DNA of 64,000 nucleotides, from sequence record DRR378314_166. The stretch is one strand, 5' to 3'. Below the pieces are notes generated by a model that searched no databases, was not told where the DNA came from, and worked only from the letters and a program-made list of their open reading frames with translations. Below are positions 49,449 to 59,212 of the stretch, one piece after another; the first letter of the stretch is position 1; each line of letters starts with the position of its first letter. Made by a program: the position numbers and the translations under genes.

Positions 49449-50449
49449 TGTTTGCAGGTGAAGACCAACTCATGCTGATGATGATTGTCGGTGGCGGCAC
49501 ATTGTTCGTAACGCTTATTCTGGGGTTTGCACTGGTGGGTGGCGACAATACGAGCGCAAGCGCCAAGCGCCGATTGGCAAACCTGTCCCAGGGTCATGCA
49601 CCGGTCGCGCCGAAAAATATGCAACGCAGCAGTGCGCGGATTGATGATCGGCAAAGCAGCATCAAATTACTGGATACGCTGGCCCGGAAATTTATTCCCA
49701 AACCGACGGAACTGAAAGCCCGGCTTGAAAAAACGGGAACAAAGCTGACGACGGCTGAATATGCACTGATTTGTTTGGTGACGATGGCGAGTGTTATTGT
49801 GGTCATGCGGTTTTTATATGATCTGACCTGGTTATTGTCTGTTCCTGTGGGACTGACAAGTGGTCTGATCCTGCCCCATTGGACAGTTGGTTTTCTGGGT
49901 GCTCGCCGCGTCAATAAATTCATGAAACATTTCCCTGAAGCCATTGAACTGATGGTGCGAAGTTTGCGGGCAGGTATTCCGATCAGTGAGGCGATTGCGG
50001 CGGTTGCAAATGATGCCCCAGATCCGGTTTCGACTGAATTTAAGCGGGTCGCCGATACGGTGAAGTTAGGTAAATCTGTTGAAGACGGTCTTTGGAAAGT
50101 TGCCAAACGAATTGATTTGCCAGATTTCAAATTCTTGATCATTGCAATTTCAATTCAACGGGAAACCGGTGGTAACCTGGCGGAAACGCTGGCCGGGCTT
50201 GCCAGCATGCTGCGCAAACGGCGTCAGATTAAATTGAAAATCAAAGCGATGTCGTCTGAGGCCCGGGCCAGTGCCTGGATCATCGGATCCCTGCCGTTTA
50301 TCATGTTCTTCCTGCTGTGGTTGGCAAATGATAATTATGTCATGACGTTGATTAATGATCCGCGCGGGATCTATTTGATCGGTGCTGGCTTGACCATGAT
50401 TGCAAGTGGCGTCGGGGTTATGGCCAAAATGGTTCGGTTTGAGATTTAG
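49448..50449 (+). CDS. tadB: TadB (T2SS F family) inner-membrane protein
   Basis: FPEAIELMVRSLRAG, QRETGGNLAE.L, AMSSEARASA. Confidence 0.93.
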   Translation: MFAGEDQLMLMMIVGGGTLFVTLILGFALVGGDNTSASAKRRLANLSQGHAPVAPKNMQRSSARIDDRQSSIKLLDTLARKFIPKPTELKARLEKTGTKLTTAEYALICLVTMASVIVVMRFLYDLTWLLSVPVGLTSGLILPHWTVGFLGARRVNKFMKHFPEAIELMVRSLRAGIPISEAIAAVANDAPDPVSTEFKRVADTVKLGKSVEDGLWKVAKRIDLPDFKFLIIAISIQRETGGNLAETLAGLASMLRKRRQIKLKIKAMSSEARASAWIIGSLPFIMFFLLWLANDNYVMTLINDPRGIYLIGAGLTMIASGVGVMAKMVRFEI

Positions 50450-50455
50450 GAGGGC

Positions 50456-51430
50456 ATGATGGATATTACAACCTTACTTCCCGCCTGGATGAAATCAGAA
50501 GATATTCTGGCCCTTATCGCCGGTGGCGCTGCGTTTGTATCATTCCTGTTGATCTGGAATGCGCTTCTGGTCAAAGACAGCCTTCCCGATCGCATCAAGG
50601 GATTGGATAATCGGCGCAAGGAGTTGCGCGACGAGATTACTAAAAAGAACCCGCAACGGAGCAATCTGGTCCGAAAAGAAAGCTTCATGCACCGAACGGT
50701 GAAGAAGCTGCAATTGATGAAGGGCGAGCGGGCCAAGCAGATATCGGCGCATCTGGCGCAAGGGGGTTGGCGATCCAAAGAGGCGCTTGCCACCTATCTG
50801 TTTGCCAGAATCTCTCTGCCTATCCTGCTGGGTGGCCTTGGAATTTTGTATTTTGTGGTGAAAAACCCGTTCGAATGGGTCTTGACATTGAACCTGTTGG
50901 CCGCGGCAGGCGTCGCCTTTATCGGATATCTATTGCCCAGAATTCTATTGCAGAACCAGATCAGTAAACGCTACACCGCCATGCGTAAATCCCTGCCGGA
51001 TGCGCTTGATCTGTTGGTGATTTGTACGGAAGCGGGGTTGAACCTGGATAGTGGTCTGGATCGGGTTTGTAAGGAGATTACAAATTCCGCTCCCGAACTG
51101 GCGGACGAGTTTGCCTTGACGTCTATCGAACTTGGCTTTCTGCCGGAGCGAAAAGAAGCTTTGCTGAACCTGGCCGCCCGGGTTGATTTTCAATCGATGA
51201 ATACGCTGGTCAACACGCTCCTGCAAACGGAGAAATACGGAACGCCTTTGGCCGTTGCGCTGCGGGTCCTGTCCGCAGAGATGCGCGAAGAGCGACTGAT
51301 GAAAGCAGAAGAGAAGGCGGCTCGCTTGCCCGCGATTATGACGGTGCCGATGATTATCTTCATTCTGCCCGCCCTGTTCATCGTTCTGATTGGCCCTGCT
51401 GTGCTGCAAGCACTCGATGCATTTAGCTAA
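50456..51430 (+). CDS. tadC: TadC inner-membrane protein
   Basis: LPDALDLLVIC.EAGL, QTEKYGTP, AEEKAARLP..MTVP. Confidence 0.93.
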   Translation: MMDITTLLPAWMKSEDILALIAGGAAFVSFLLIWNALLVKDSLPDRIKGLDNRRKELRDEITKKNPQRSNLVRKESFMHRTVKKLQLMKGERAKQISAHLAQGGWRSKEALATYLFARISLPILLGGLGILYFVVKNPFEWVLTLNLLAAAGVAFIGYLLPRILLQNQISKRYTAMRKSLPDALDLLVICTEAGLNLDSGLDRVCKEITNSAPELADEFALTSIELGFLPERKEALLNLAARVDFQSMNTLVNTLLQTEKYGTPLAVALRVLSAEMREERLMKAEEKAARLPAIMTVPMIIFILPALFIVLIGPAVLQALDAFS

Positions 51431-51529
51431 CCATCGTAAATACTAATTAGACAACAAATTTAAGAGATTAAGTTTACTTTTATATTTTCTTGATTAGGTT
51501 GTAATCTGTGGAAAATAGGTGGCGATAAG

Positions 51530-51898
51530 GTGTTTGGGATGGCGATTTTTGCATCAGTATCTGAAGTGATCGGAGACGATGAGCAATTGGCCGGCTTGCA
51601 AAGCGAGCTTGGTGATGACGTGTTGGTGACATTGGTTGATATGGCCGTCACAAACGCGAAAACAGGACTGGATCAAATAAAAGCGGCCGTTGCAGCAAAT
51701 GATCCGGTTTTACTTCGCGAGACGGCCCATTCCCTGAAAGGGGCAAGCAGTTCGCTGTGTGCGGTGCGGTTCAGTCAAATGGCAGCGGCAATCGAAACCC
51801 ATAGCGCTGAGATAGAACAGGTTAAAGCGAACTACCCAGAATTTGAAGAGGCGGCAACGCAGACGGTAGAGTGGTGGCAATCAAAGCGGCCCTGTTAA
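51530..51898 (+). CDS. Stand-alone Hpt (histidine phosphotransfer) protein
   Basis: AHSLKGASSSL motif in an all-helical protein of about 120 aa; alternative ATG at 51539. Confidence 0.85.
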   Translation: MFGMAIFASVSEVIGDDEQLAGLQSELGDDVLVTLVDMAVTNAKTGLDQIKAAVAANDPVLLRETAHSLKGASSSLCAVRFSQMAAAIETHSAEIEQVKANYPEFEEAATQTVEWWQSKRPC

Positions 51899-51921
51899 AT
51901 GCTGACCTGATCTTTATGCAT

Positions 51922-51957
51922 AAAAAAAGGCAGGCGATTGTTCGCCTGCTTTTTTTA
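51922..51957. terminator. Bidirectional terminator
   Basis: aaaaaaaggcaggcga-ttgt-tcgcctgcttttttt. Confidence 0.8.
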
Positions 51958-51974
51958 TGTACCTCTTGAATAGA

Positions 51975-53909
51975 TCAGTAAGCGATGTAGCCGGATGATT
52001 GATTGTGAACATTTGTCACGTCAGTCGCTGCTGCGACTGATGTCGGCTCCTTTGGGGTGGCCACATCGACCCGATCATGTACCGGGTCGCCCACTGCGAT
52101 TGCTTCGCCATCGATTTCAATCTGTTCTGTCACCAAGGGCAAATAGCAGTCCGTATTGCGGCTTTTAAGCGTGGAACAAAGATCAGCCGGAGCTGCTTTT
52201 TCTGCAAATCCGCCAATTCGAACCCGGTAATAGGTTCCTTTATCTTCGCCAAGATCCGCAACTGTATAAACCGGTTTAAAGGTTTGCAGCAGATCATTAT
52301 GCGCCGTGGTCAGTTCATCCCAGGCCTGTTTCGCTTTATCCAGCGTCTGAAATGACGCGAGTTGGATATAGTAAAGAGGCTTTTGTACATCCGAAAGATG
52401 CTCGATACGGGCATTTTCAAGTTTGAAGGGTGCTGTCGGAGATTTCGCCGCAGTAACCGCTTCAGGGGCTTTATCTTCAATATTGACTGAAACAGTTTGC
52501 GGGGACATCTGCGTAAAGGCCTTTGCAGCAGGTTTGTCCGCAGACATCTCAGCAATCGGACCCGGAGCATGTGGATTGGCGGTCGCGGAGGCAATTTTCT
52601 GTGGCGCTTTTACGGGTTCAGCCGCAGCCATTGGCTCGGTTTTCGCGATAACCGTGGCCTGGGTTGGTGTCTTGGGTGCCGGTTTGGCGATCTGCTCACC
52701 CGCATCTGCCATTGAGCTTCGATAGGCCGGCGGACGTTGCGTGTTAATCAGTTCAGCCAATTGGGCAAGCGGTGATTTCGCTGTTTCTGGGGCGGCGGCT
52801 GGGTTGGTGTTTAATTCTGTCGTCGGGCTTTTGGCTGCGACAAGAACTTCAGCGTCCCCAATTACCTGCATTCCGCGATCCAGATTAGCCATCTGCGCCG
52901 CCGCAGCAAGTGCGGTTGGCGGTGACGCTGCAGGAAGCGGGTTGGTGCTGATCGTTGTGCTTTCCTGGCGTGCAGCAACAGGTGTATAAGGCTGACGACT
53001 GGTTGAAGGATCGCGTTGTCGGCGGCTTTCTTTTGCCTTTGCGGTTGTTTCTGCAAGGTCATTTATTTGTGCCGTGGCTACCTCTGCCGGTGTTTCATTC
53101 AAGGCCTGGAAATAAAGCGCGTTGTTGCGGGCGTCCCGCTCGCTCAGGTCGATCCGTGAATATTTCATGGCCTCAGCCGATTTACCCGCCATTCCATAGA
53201 CCAGGGCCAGGTTCTGGCGGTGCTGGGCAATTGCGTTTGGATGGGCTGTAATGATTTCCAGCATGGCAATTGCCTGCTCCAGCCGGCCGGCTAATGCCAA
53301 TGAAAGCGCCAGATTATTTTGATAGGTTAGATTATTCGGCTCAGCCTTGATGGCTTTGCGGTAGTGATCATGAGCTTTTTCATGATTACCAGCAGTATCC
53401 ATGGCCAACGCGATGCCACCAAGTGCCTTGGAATTGTTTTCCTGAAGGCCCAGTGCAATTTCAAAAGATTGAGTTGCGAGGTAAGGCTTGTCCTGGGACA
53501 GATACAGGTATCCAATGCCGTTATGAACCTCAACCTCTTTGGGGAATTTAGCAAGAAGCTGCTGATACACATCTTTGGCGGCGTCAATTTTTTTGGTTTT
53601 CCGTAGAATTTCTGCAACGGCAAGAATCGGCTTCGGATTTTCAGGATCCTTGCTGCTGGCCATTGAATAGAAGCGAACAGCTGTCTGGGCATCACCGCGA
53701 TTCCATGCGCGTTCTGCCATACGCATGATCCGCTCCGTGCCAAAGGAATTATCCAGTTCCTCGGCGCTTTGTTCCATGGCAGCACTGTTGATAGGAGCTG
53801 TAGCCGAGGAATTCTGGTGCGTGGCTGTGCCGCAACCGGCGACGATCAGGCTGGTACTGAGCAGCAGCATTTTTCGGTTGGCTTTGACGATGCGATCAAA
53901 CTGGAGCAC
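51975..53909 (-). CDS. TadD-like TPR lipoprotein fused to a C-terminal SPOR domain
   Basis: IVAGC lipobox; TPRs ending NNLALSLAL/RQNLALVYG; YYIQLASF..W..YYRVRIG..A..LC..L...C SPOR; GGGAGA RBS. Confidence 0.85.
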   Translation of the reverse strand: MLQFDRIVKANRKMLLLSTSLIVAGCGTATHQNSSATAPINSAAMEQSAEELDNSFGTERIMRMAERAWNRGDAQTAVRFYSMASSKDPENPKPILAVAEILRKTKKIDAAKDVYQQLLAKFPKEVEVHNGIGYLYLSQDKPYLATQSFEIALGLQENNSKALGGIALAMDTAGNHEKAHDHYRKAIKAEPNNLTYQNNLALSLALAGRLEQAIAMLEIITAHPNAIAQHRQNLALVYGMAGKSAEAMKYSRIDLSERDARNNALYFQALNETPAEVATAQINDLAETTAKAKESRRQRDPSTSRQPYTPVAARQESTTISTNPLPAASPPTALAAAAQMANLDRGMQVIGDAEVLVAAKSPTTELNTNPAAAPETAKSPLAQLAELINTQRPPAYRSSMADAGEQIAKPAPKTPTQATVIAKTEPMAAAEPVKAPQKIASATANPHAPGPIAEMSADKPAAKAFTQMSPQTVSVNIEDKAPEAVTAAKSPTAPFKLENARIEHLSDVQKPLYYIQLASFQTLDKAKQAWDELTTAHNDLLQTFKPVYTVADLGEDKGTYYRVRIGGFAEKAAPADLCSTLKSRNTDCYLPLVTEQIEIDGEAIAVGDPVHDRVDVATPKEPTSVAAATDVTNVHNQSSGYIAY

Positions 53910-54027
53910 GGTCAGTCTCCCTTTTCTGTTCTAAAACATTTGATCGAACCCTAGCCTATTCATCCTTAAAAACAGTTAAGAACTAGATTTGGATTAAAAT
54001 AAAATTTTTCTCAAAATATGGGTAAGT

Positions 54028-54441
54028 TCATAAATTTATTCGCCTTTTCAAAAGCCCTTGTGAAGACGTCGCTTGATTTGTCGGGTTTGTCTCCTGGGCT
54101 GAGCTTACCGATTTTGGGTTGGTATCCGGCTGTACACTGGCCTGGGGCGGAATAAAATGGCTGGGCATGGGGCCGGGTCGTGCCTGTGGCGCTGATTTAG
54201 GGGATTTTTGCTCAACGGACTGGTCAACATATCGATCAAAAGTTCCCGCCTGGATTTGACCGGGTATAGCCGAGAAGAGTTCAATGGTGTTTTGCCGCCC
54301 GATCCGATTGACAAAGTTGGCAATGGTAATTGTGAGCAACCCTGTGCGCAGAGTTTGCTCGTCAACGGACTTGGCCTTACAATGGGACATGGCACTTGAA
54401 ATGGCGTCGGCGACGGTTTTGTTGGCTTGTTCAGGGGTCAT
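54028..54441 (-). CDS. Hypothetical protein
   Basis: ORF with helical N-terminal half and low-complexity Pro/Gln/Ser tail; start uncertain. Confidence 0.55.
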   Translation of the reverse strand: MTPEQANKTVADAISSAMSHCKAKSVDEQTLRTGLLTITIANFVNRIGRQNTIELFSAIPGQIQAGTFDRYVDQSVEQKSPKSAPQARPGPMPSHFIPPQASVQPDTNPKSVSSAQETNPTNQATSSQGLLKRRINL

Positions 54442-54548
54442 GTGATGGATCTTTCGGTGTGTAAACCTGTTTAGTCTGGTTTGAGGACGCATGATCTGAG
54501 GTTTTGTGACGCGGTCTGATGTAAAATGGGTACAGGGATTTTAAGAAA

Positions 54549-55304
54549 ATGGGGATCGGGATGAGCGATCTGGAACAGCTGGCAAACCTGATTGAGAAGA
54601 GCGAGCAGATTGTTGTCTTTACAGGGGCAGGGATCAGCACCGAGTCGGGTATTCCGGATTTTCGCAGCCCCGGGGGACTATGGGAGAAAAACCGACCTAT
54701 CGAGTTTTCGGACTATATGGCCTCGGCAGATGCAAGGCGGGAAGCCTGGCGCCGCAAATTTGCGATGGACTCTGTCATTGGCACGGCTGTTCCTAACGTC
54801 GGCCATCAGGCCATTGCTAGGCTGTATGAGCGGGGCAAGCTGGGATGCGTGATAACCCAGAATATTGATGGTCTGCACCAGCAATCGGGAATACCGGACG
54901 CGGATGTGGTGGAGCTGCATGGGAATACGACCTATGCGAAATGTCTGGATTGCGATTATCCGATGAGCCTTGAGGAAGTGCGCGAGATCTTTTTGCCGGA
55001 TGAGCAACTGCCCACCTGCGTCAAATGCCAGGGTATCGTGAAAACAGCAACAATCTCTTTTGGTCAGCCGATGCCAGTTCGCGAGATGCAACGTGCCGAA
55101 ATGGAGGCTATTGAGTGTGATCTGTTCCTGGCAATCGGATCGTCGCTGGTGGTTTATCCGGCTGCCAATATCCCGGTGATCGCCGCGCAGCATGGGGCAA
55201 AGTTGGTTATTCTGAACAGAGAAGCCACACCGTTGGACGGCATCGCCACATTAGTTTTGAATAAAGAAATTGGAGAAACTTTGAGTGTTGTCACAAAACC
55301 GTAA
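54549..55304 (+). CDS. cobB: Sir2-family NAD-dependent protein deacylase
   Basis: TGAGISTESGIPDFR, TQNIDGLH, LHG, C..C..C..C Zn site, GSSLVVYPAA; alternative start at 54561. Confidence 0.9.
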   Translation: MGIGMSDLEQLANLIEKSEQIVVFTGAGISTESGIPDFRSPGGLWEKNRPIEFSDYMASADARREAWRRKFAMDSVIGTAVPNVGHQAIARLYERGKLGCVITQNIDGLHQQSGIPDADVVELHGNTTYAKCLDCDYPMSLEEVREIFLPDEQLPTCVKCQGIVKTATISFGQPMPVREMQRAEMEAIECDLFLAIGSSLVVYPAANIPVIAAQHGAKLVILNREATPLDGIATLVLNKEIGETLSVVTKP

Positions 55305-55356
55305 GGTAGGACAATCATATTGTCATACTTGGTGGTTTTTGTCATTTTTCTGCAAT
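55288..55356 (+). promoter_or_regulatory. Pho boxes upstream of phoR
   Basis: ttgtcac-aaaa-ccgtaag (55288-55305) and ttgtcat-tttt-ctgcaat (55339-55356). Confidence 0.6.
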
Positions 55357-55369
55357 AAACGAGTTCGAC

Positions 55370-56779
55370 ATGAGCAATATCCACGGCTTTCTGACAAAGC
55401 TTTGTATCTTTATATTCGTTATCACAGTCCCTGTGGCCGTGGTTTCGTTCTGGATGGTCAGTCAGGAAATTTTAAGCCTTGAATATGCGATTTTGTTGAC
55501 CTTGACCCCGGTCGGTCCTGCAGTCCTGGTCTTTAACAAATTGATTAAAGAAATCTCTTCGCTGACCCGGCGGATGGGCCAGGCAATGGAAGAGCCGATG
55601 GATGAGGTGCGCACAGAAGAGACCGATCGGGCCGGGTTGCTGCCAACCAATGATTTTCTGCTGACAATGGAACAATATAAGCGGGTTCTGTCAAATTTGC
55701 TGGATGAGACAAAAATGCGTCAGCGAGATACCGCCCAGCTTTTTGACATCCTGCCAAATGCCGTTCTGGTTCTGGATAATCGCCGGCGGATTATCCAGCA
55801 TAACCTGGCGGCTGCGGAATTTTTTGGACGCTCTGATATTGGCGGTGATTTGGTGTCTTACCTCCGTCATCCGTCGTTAATCAAAGCGGTTGATGCGACC
55901 TTGGCCGGGGAAATGGAGGGAAAACGGGTTGAGTTTGCCATGGTCGGTGACGTGTCCCGTTTCATTGCAGCCAATATTGTTGTCTTTGATGGGGTGAAAG
56001 AAGAAGGGCTCAGGGTTGTTGTAACCCTGCATGATCTGACCGCCATCAAGAAGACAGAACAGATGCGCGTTGATTTTATCGCCAATGCCAGCCATGAGCT
56101 GCGCACACCGCTTGCCATTTTGATCGGCGTCATTGAAACCCTGATGGGCCCCGCGGCAAACGATCCCGCAGCACAGAAACGGTTCCTGTCGATTATGGAA
56201 GCCCAATCCAACCGGATGTCGCAACTCATTAATGACTTGCTGTCTTTGTCACATATTGAGATGAACGAGCATAGTCGCCCGTCTGATCCGCTGGACATTA
56301 CGGATGTGTTGTCATCTGTGTTGCATTTACTGTCAGGAAAATCCAGTTCCCTCAACAAACAGATCCAATTGGATGCCCCCGACAAACCGGTGATTGTTAT
56401 AGGGGAAAAAGACCAGCTATCCCAGGTCTTTACCAACCTGGTGGATAACGCCCTGAAATATAGTCAGCCCAATTCGACGATCACCATTCGCCTGCGAGAG
56501 GTGAATAAACAAGCCCGCATTTCAGTGATTGATCAGGGGGAGGGGATCCCGACAGAGCATTTGCCGCGCCTGACTGAGCGGTTTTATCGGGTCGATAGTG
56601 ACCGCAGTCGGGAAATGGGGGGAACCGGACTTGGACTGGCCATCGTCAAGCATATTGTGAGTCGTCATAGAGGCCAGCTGGAGATCGACTCAGTGATCGG
56701 AAAAGGGTCAATTTTCACGGTCAAACTTCCCAGTCAAACACCCGAAAGCACCAGTTTTGATAGGCTTCGAGTGCTGTAA
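55370..56779 (+). CDS. phoR: Phosphate regulon sensor histidine kinase
   Basis: Two TM segments, PAS, DFIANASHELRTPL, NLVDNALKY, RLTERFYRVD..RSR..GGTGLGLAIVKHI; operon context. Confidence 0.92.
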   Translation: MSNIHGFLTKLCIFIFVITVPVAVVSFWMVSQEILSLEYAILLTLTPVGPAVLVFNKLIKEISSLTRRMGQAMEEPMDEVRTEETDRAGLLPTNDFLLTMEQYKRVLSNLLDETKMRQRDTAQLFDILPNAVLVLDNRRRIIQHNLAAAEFFGRSDIGGDLVSYLRHPSLIKAVDATLAGEMEGKRVEFAMVGDVSRFIAANIVVFDGVKEEGLRVVVTLHDLTAIKKTEQMRVDFIANASHELRTPLAILIGVIETLMGPAANDPAAQKRFLSIMEAQSNRMSQLINDLLSLSHIEMNEHSRPSDPLDITDVLSSVLHLLSGKSSSLNKQIQLDAPDKPVIVIGEKDQLSQVFTNLVDNALKYSQPNSTITIRLREVNKQARISVIDQGEGIPTEHLPRLTERFYRVDSDRSREMGGTGLGLAIVKHIVSRHRGQLEIDSVIGKGSIFTVKLPSQTPESTSFDRLRVL

Positions 56780-56813
56780 CAATACTGTCATATAAGTGTA
56801 GTACTAGCGTCAC
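56774..56813 (+). promoter_or_regulatory. Pho box array upstream of pstS
   Basis: 11-bp-phased heptamers ctgtaac-aata-ctgtcat-ataa-gtgtagt-acta-gcgtcac. Confidence 0.82.
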
Positions 56814-56878
56814 TGGTAGGGGGCACTGTCCGCTCACCGGCAGGAATTGCTGCCGCAAGACATTACGGAGAAAATGAC

Positions 56879-57910
56879 GTGTTTAAAAAGACTCTCGGAC
56901 TGGCTGTCGTCGCGACGGTAGCCATTGCTTCTCAGGCAGTTGCTCGTGATCAGATCAGAATCGTAGGATCCTCAACTGTATTTCCATTCTCTACAACTGT
57001 TGCAGAAACATTCGGCAACAAAGGAAACTTCAAAACTCCAGTCGTTGAAAGTACAGGTTCAGGTGGTGGACTGAAATTGTTCTGCGCCGGTACAGGCGAA
57101 GAACATCCAGACATCACGAACGCGTCCCGTCGGATTAAAAAGTCTGAAGTTGAAAAATGTGCCAAAGCTGGCATCACAGATATCACAGAAGTTAAAGTTG
57201 GCTTCGATGGTATCGTTCTTGCCAACTCCAAAGCCGTTAAGCCAATGAATTTGACCAAGCAGCAGATCTTTGTTGCTTTGGCTAAAGAAATTCCAGTGGA
57301 TGGCAAAATGGTCAAAAATCCGCACCAGAAGTGGAGCGACATTGATCCTTCACTTCCAAATGTAGAGATTAAAGTTTTCGGTCCTCCTCCAACCTCCGGT
57401 ACGCGCGATGCTTTCGTTGAGCTGGCTCTTGAAGGTGGTGCTAAAGCATTCCCAAGCCTGAAAGCTCTGCGTAAATCAGACAAAAAAGCGTTTAAAGCAA
57501 TTGCCCACGCGGTCCGCGAAGATGGCATTTATGTTGAAGCTGGCGAAAACGACAACCTGATTGTTCAGAAACTTGTTGCTGAACCAGATGCCGTTGGCGT
57601 CTTCGGTTTCAGTTTCCTGGATCAGAACGCTGACCAGCTGCAGGGCTCGGCTGTTGGTGGTGTTGAGCCAACTTTTGAGAACATCTCCAAAGGTGACTAC
57701 GGCATCTCCCGCTCTCTTTTCTTCTACGTGAAAAACGATCACGTGGGTAAAGTTCCAGGCATTAAAGAATTCATCGCTGAATTCACTAGCGAAGATGCCT
57801 TCGGTGAGTTCGGTTACCTGACAGAAAAAGGTTTGATCCCACTGTCAGCTGAAGAGCGTGCAAAAGTTCGTCAGGACGCGACTTCCCTGACAAACCTGAA
57901 AATGATGTAA
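56879..57910 (+). CDS. pstS: Phosphate ABC transporter substrate-binding protein
   Basis: GSSTVFP, ESTGSGGG, ASR, GPPPTSGTRDAF, SRSLFFYVK. Confidence 0.95.
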   Translation: MFKKTLGLAVVATVAIASQAVARDQIRIVGSSTVFPFSTTVAETFGNKGNFKTPVVESTGSGGGLKLFCAGTGEEHPDITNASRRIKKSEVEKCAKAGITDITEVKVGFDGIVLANSKAVKPMNLTKQQIFVALAKEIPVDGKMVKNPHQKWSDIDPSLPNVEIKVFGPPPTSGTRDAFVELALEGGAKAFPSLKALRKSDKKAFKAIAHAVREDGIYVEAGENDNLIVQKLVAEPDAVGVFGFSFLDQNADQLQGSAVGGVEPTFENISKGDYGISRSLFFYVKNDHVGKVPGIKEFIAEFTSEDAFGEFGYLTEKGLIPLSAEERAKVRQDATSLTNLKMM

Positions 57911-57920
57911 AATTGCATCC

Positions 57921-57943
57921 GGGTGGAGGGGCTACCTCCACCC
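57921..57943 (+). other. Intercistronic stem-loop after pstS (mRNA stabiliser or attenuator)
   Basis: gggtggagg-ggcta-cctccaccc followed by aatttttt. Confidence 0.7.
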
Positions 57944-57973
57944 AATTTTTTCCTTGGGCACTAGGCAAAAGCA

Positions 57974-59212
57974 ATGAGTACTCTTCCCCTAATTATCTTC
58001 CTGCTGGCCCTATGCTCCGTCGGGTACTGGTTCGGCTCCAAGAAAGCGTTACAGGTCTCTTCTGCTCACGGTCGATCCATGGGACGCCCCCACCAGTTCG
58101 GCATGTATGTTGCCGCCTGGGGATTGCTTCCGCCAATTGCTCTGGGACTTCTTTGGGCCGCTGTTTCTTTCCTTCCTGTATATGGTGACGGTGCCGTTGG
58201 ACAACAGATCAATAAGGTTGTATTTCCGGCGCTCGTATTGGTCAGTGCCGCCCTCGGACTTTACCTTGCTATTCGAAAAATCACCCCGGAACTCAGAACC
58301 CGTAAAACGCTTGAGCGGATTGTTCTGGGTGTGCTGATCCTGGCATCAACCATTTCCATTTTTACAACCATTGGAATTGTGTTTTCGCTTCTTTTTGAAA
58401 CAGTGAGCTTTTTTGAAAAAGTTCCTGTTCTGGAATTTTTAACCGGACTGAATTGGAGCCCGCAGACAGCGTTGCGCTCTGATCAGGTTGGATCTTCTGG
58501 TGCGTTTGGTGCCGTCCCGCTTTTTGTTGGTACAATGTTGGTGACCTTGATCGCCATGTTCGTTGCGATCCCCTTGGGATTGATGAGCGCAGTTTATATG
58601 ACGGAATATGCGAGCGATCGGTTTCGCGCCTCTGTAAAACCGGTTTTGGAAATCCTGGCCGGTATTCCCACTGTTGTTTATGGCTTCTTCGCGGCTTTGA
58701 CCGTTGGGATTTTCTTTCGGGATCTGGGCGATGCCATCGGTATTAGAATTGTTTCTGAAAGCGCATTGGCCGCGGGCGTGGTGATGGGGATGATGATCAT
58801 TCCTTTTATTTCTTCGCTGAGCGATGACATCATCATGGCGGTTCCGCAAAGTCTTCGTGATGCTTCCTACGGGTTGGGCGCGACGAAATCTGAAACGGTT
58901 CGCAAAGTTATTCTGCCGGCTGCACTGCCCGGAATTGTTGGCGCGGTTCTTCTGGCAGTAAGCCGGGCCATTGGCGAGACCATGATCGTTGTGATGGCCG
59001 CCGGTTTTGGCGCCAATCTGACGATTAATCCGCTTGAATCCGTGACCACCGTGACCGTGCAAATCGTCGGTCTGCTGGTTGGTGACCAAGAGTTTGATAG
59101 TGCGAAGACCCTGGCGGCCTTTGCCCTGGCAATGGTTCTATTCCTTATTACCCTGTCCTTGAACGTCATCGCATTGGTGGTGGTTCGCAAATATCGTGAA
59201 AAATATGACTGA
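57974..59212 (+). CDS. pstC: Phosphate ABC transporter permease
   Basis: EILAGIPTVVYG, SRAIGETM. Confidence 0.95.
   Translation: MSTLPLIIFLLALCSVGYWFGSKKALQVSSAHGRSMGRPHQFGMYVAAWGLLPPIALGLLWAAVSFLPVYGDGAVGQQINKVVFPALVLVSAALGLYLAIRKITPELRTRKTLERIVLGVLILASTISIFTTIGIVFSLLFETVSFFEKVPVLEFLTGLNWSPQTALRSDQVGSSGAFGAVPLFVGTMLVTLIAMFVAIPLGLMSAVYMTEYASDRFRASVKPVLEILAGIPTVVYGFFAALTVGIFFRDLGDAIGIRIVSESALAAGVVMGMMIIPFISSLSDDIIMAVPQSLRDASYGLGATKSETVRKVILPAALPGIVGAVLLAVSRAIGETMIVVMAAGFGANLTINPLESVTTVTVQIVGLLVGDQEFDSAKTLAAFALAMVLFLITLSLNVIALVVVRKYREKYD

Noticed and set aside
53966-53979. TTAA-N6-TTAA upstream of the TPR-SPOR gene (also at 41642-41655 before tadG)
   Set aside because: Spacing is 6, not the 7 of the CtrA consensus, so these were not called as CtrA sites, although they recur before two minus-strand tad genes
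54549-55304. Sir2 protein as an anti-phage NADase (Thoeris/DSR type)
   Set aside because: Standard Zn-binding deacylase sirtuin of about 250 aa in a housekeeping context, with no defence partners
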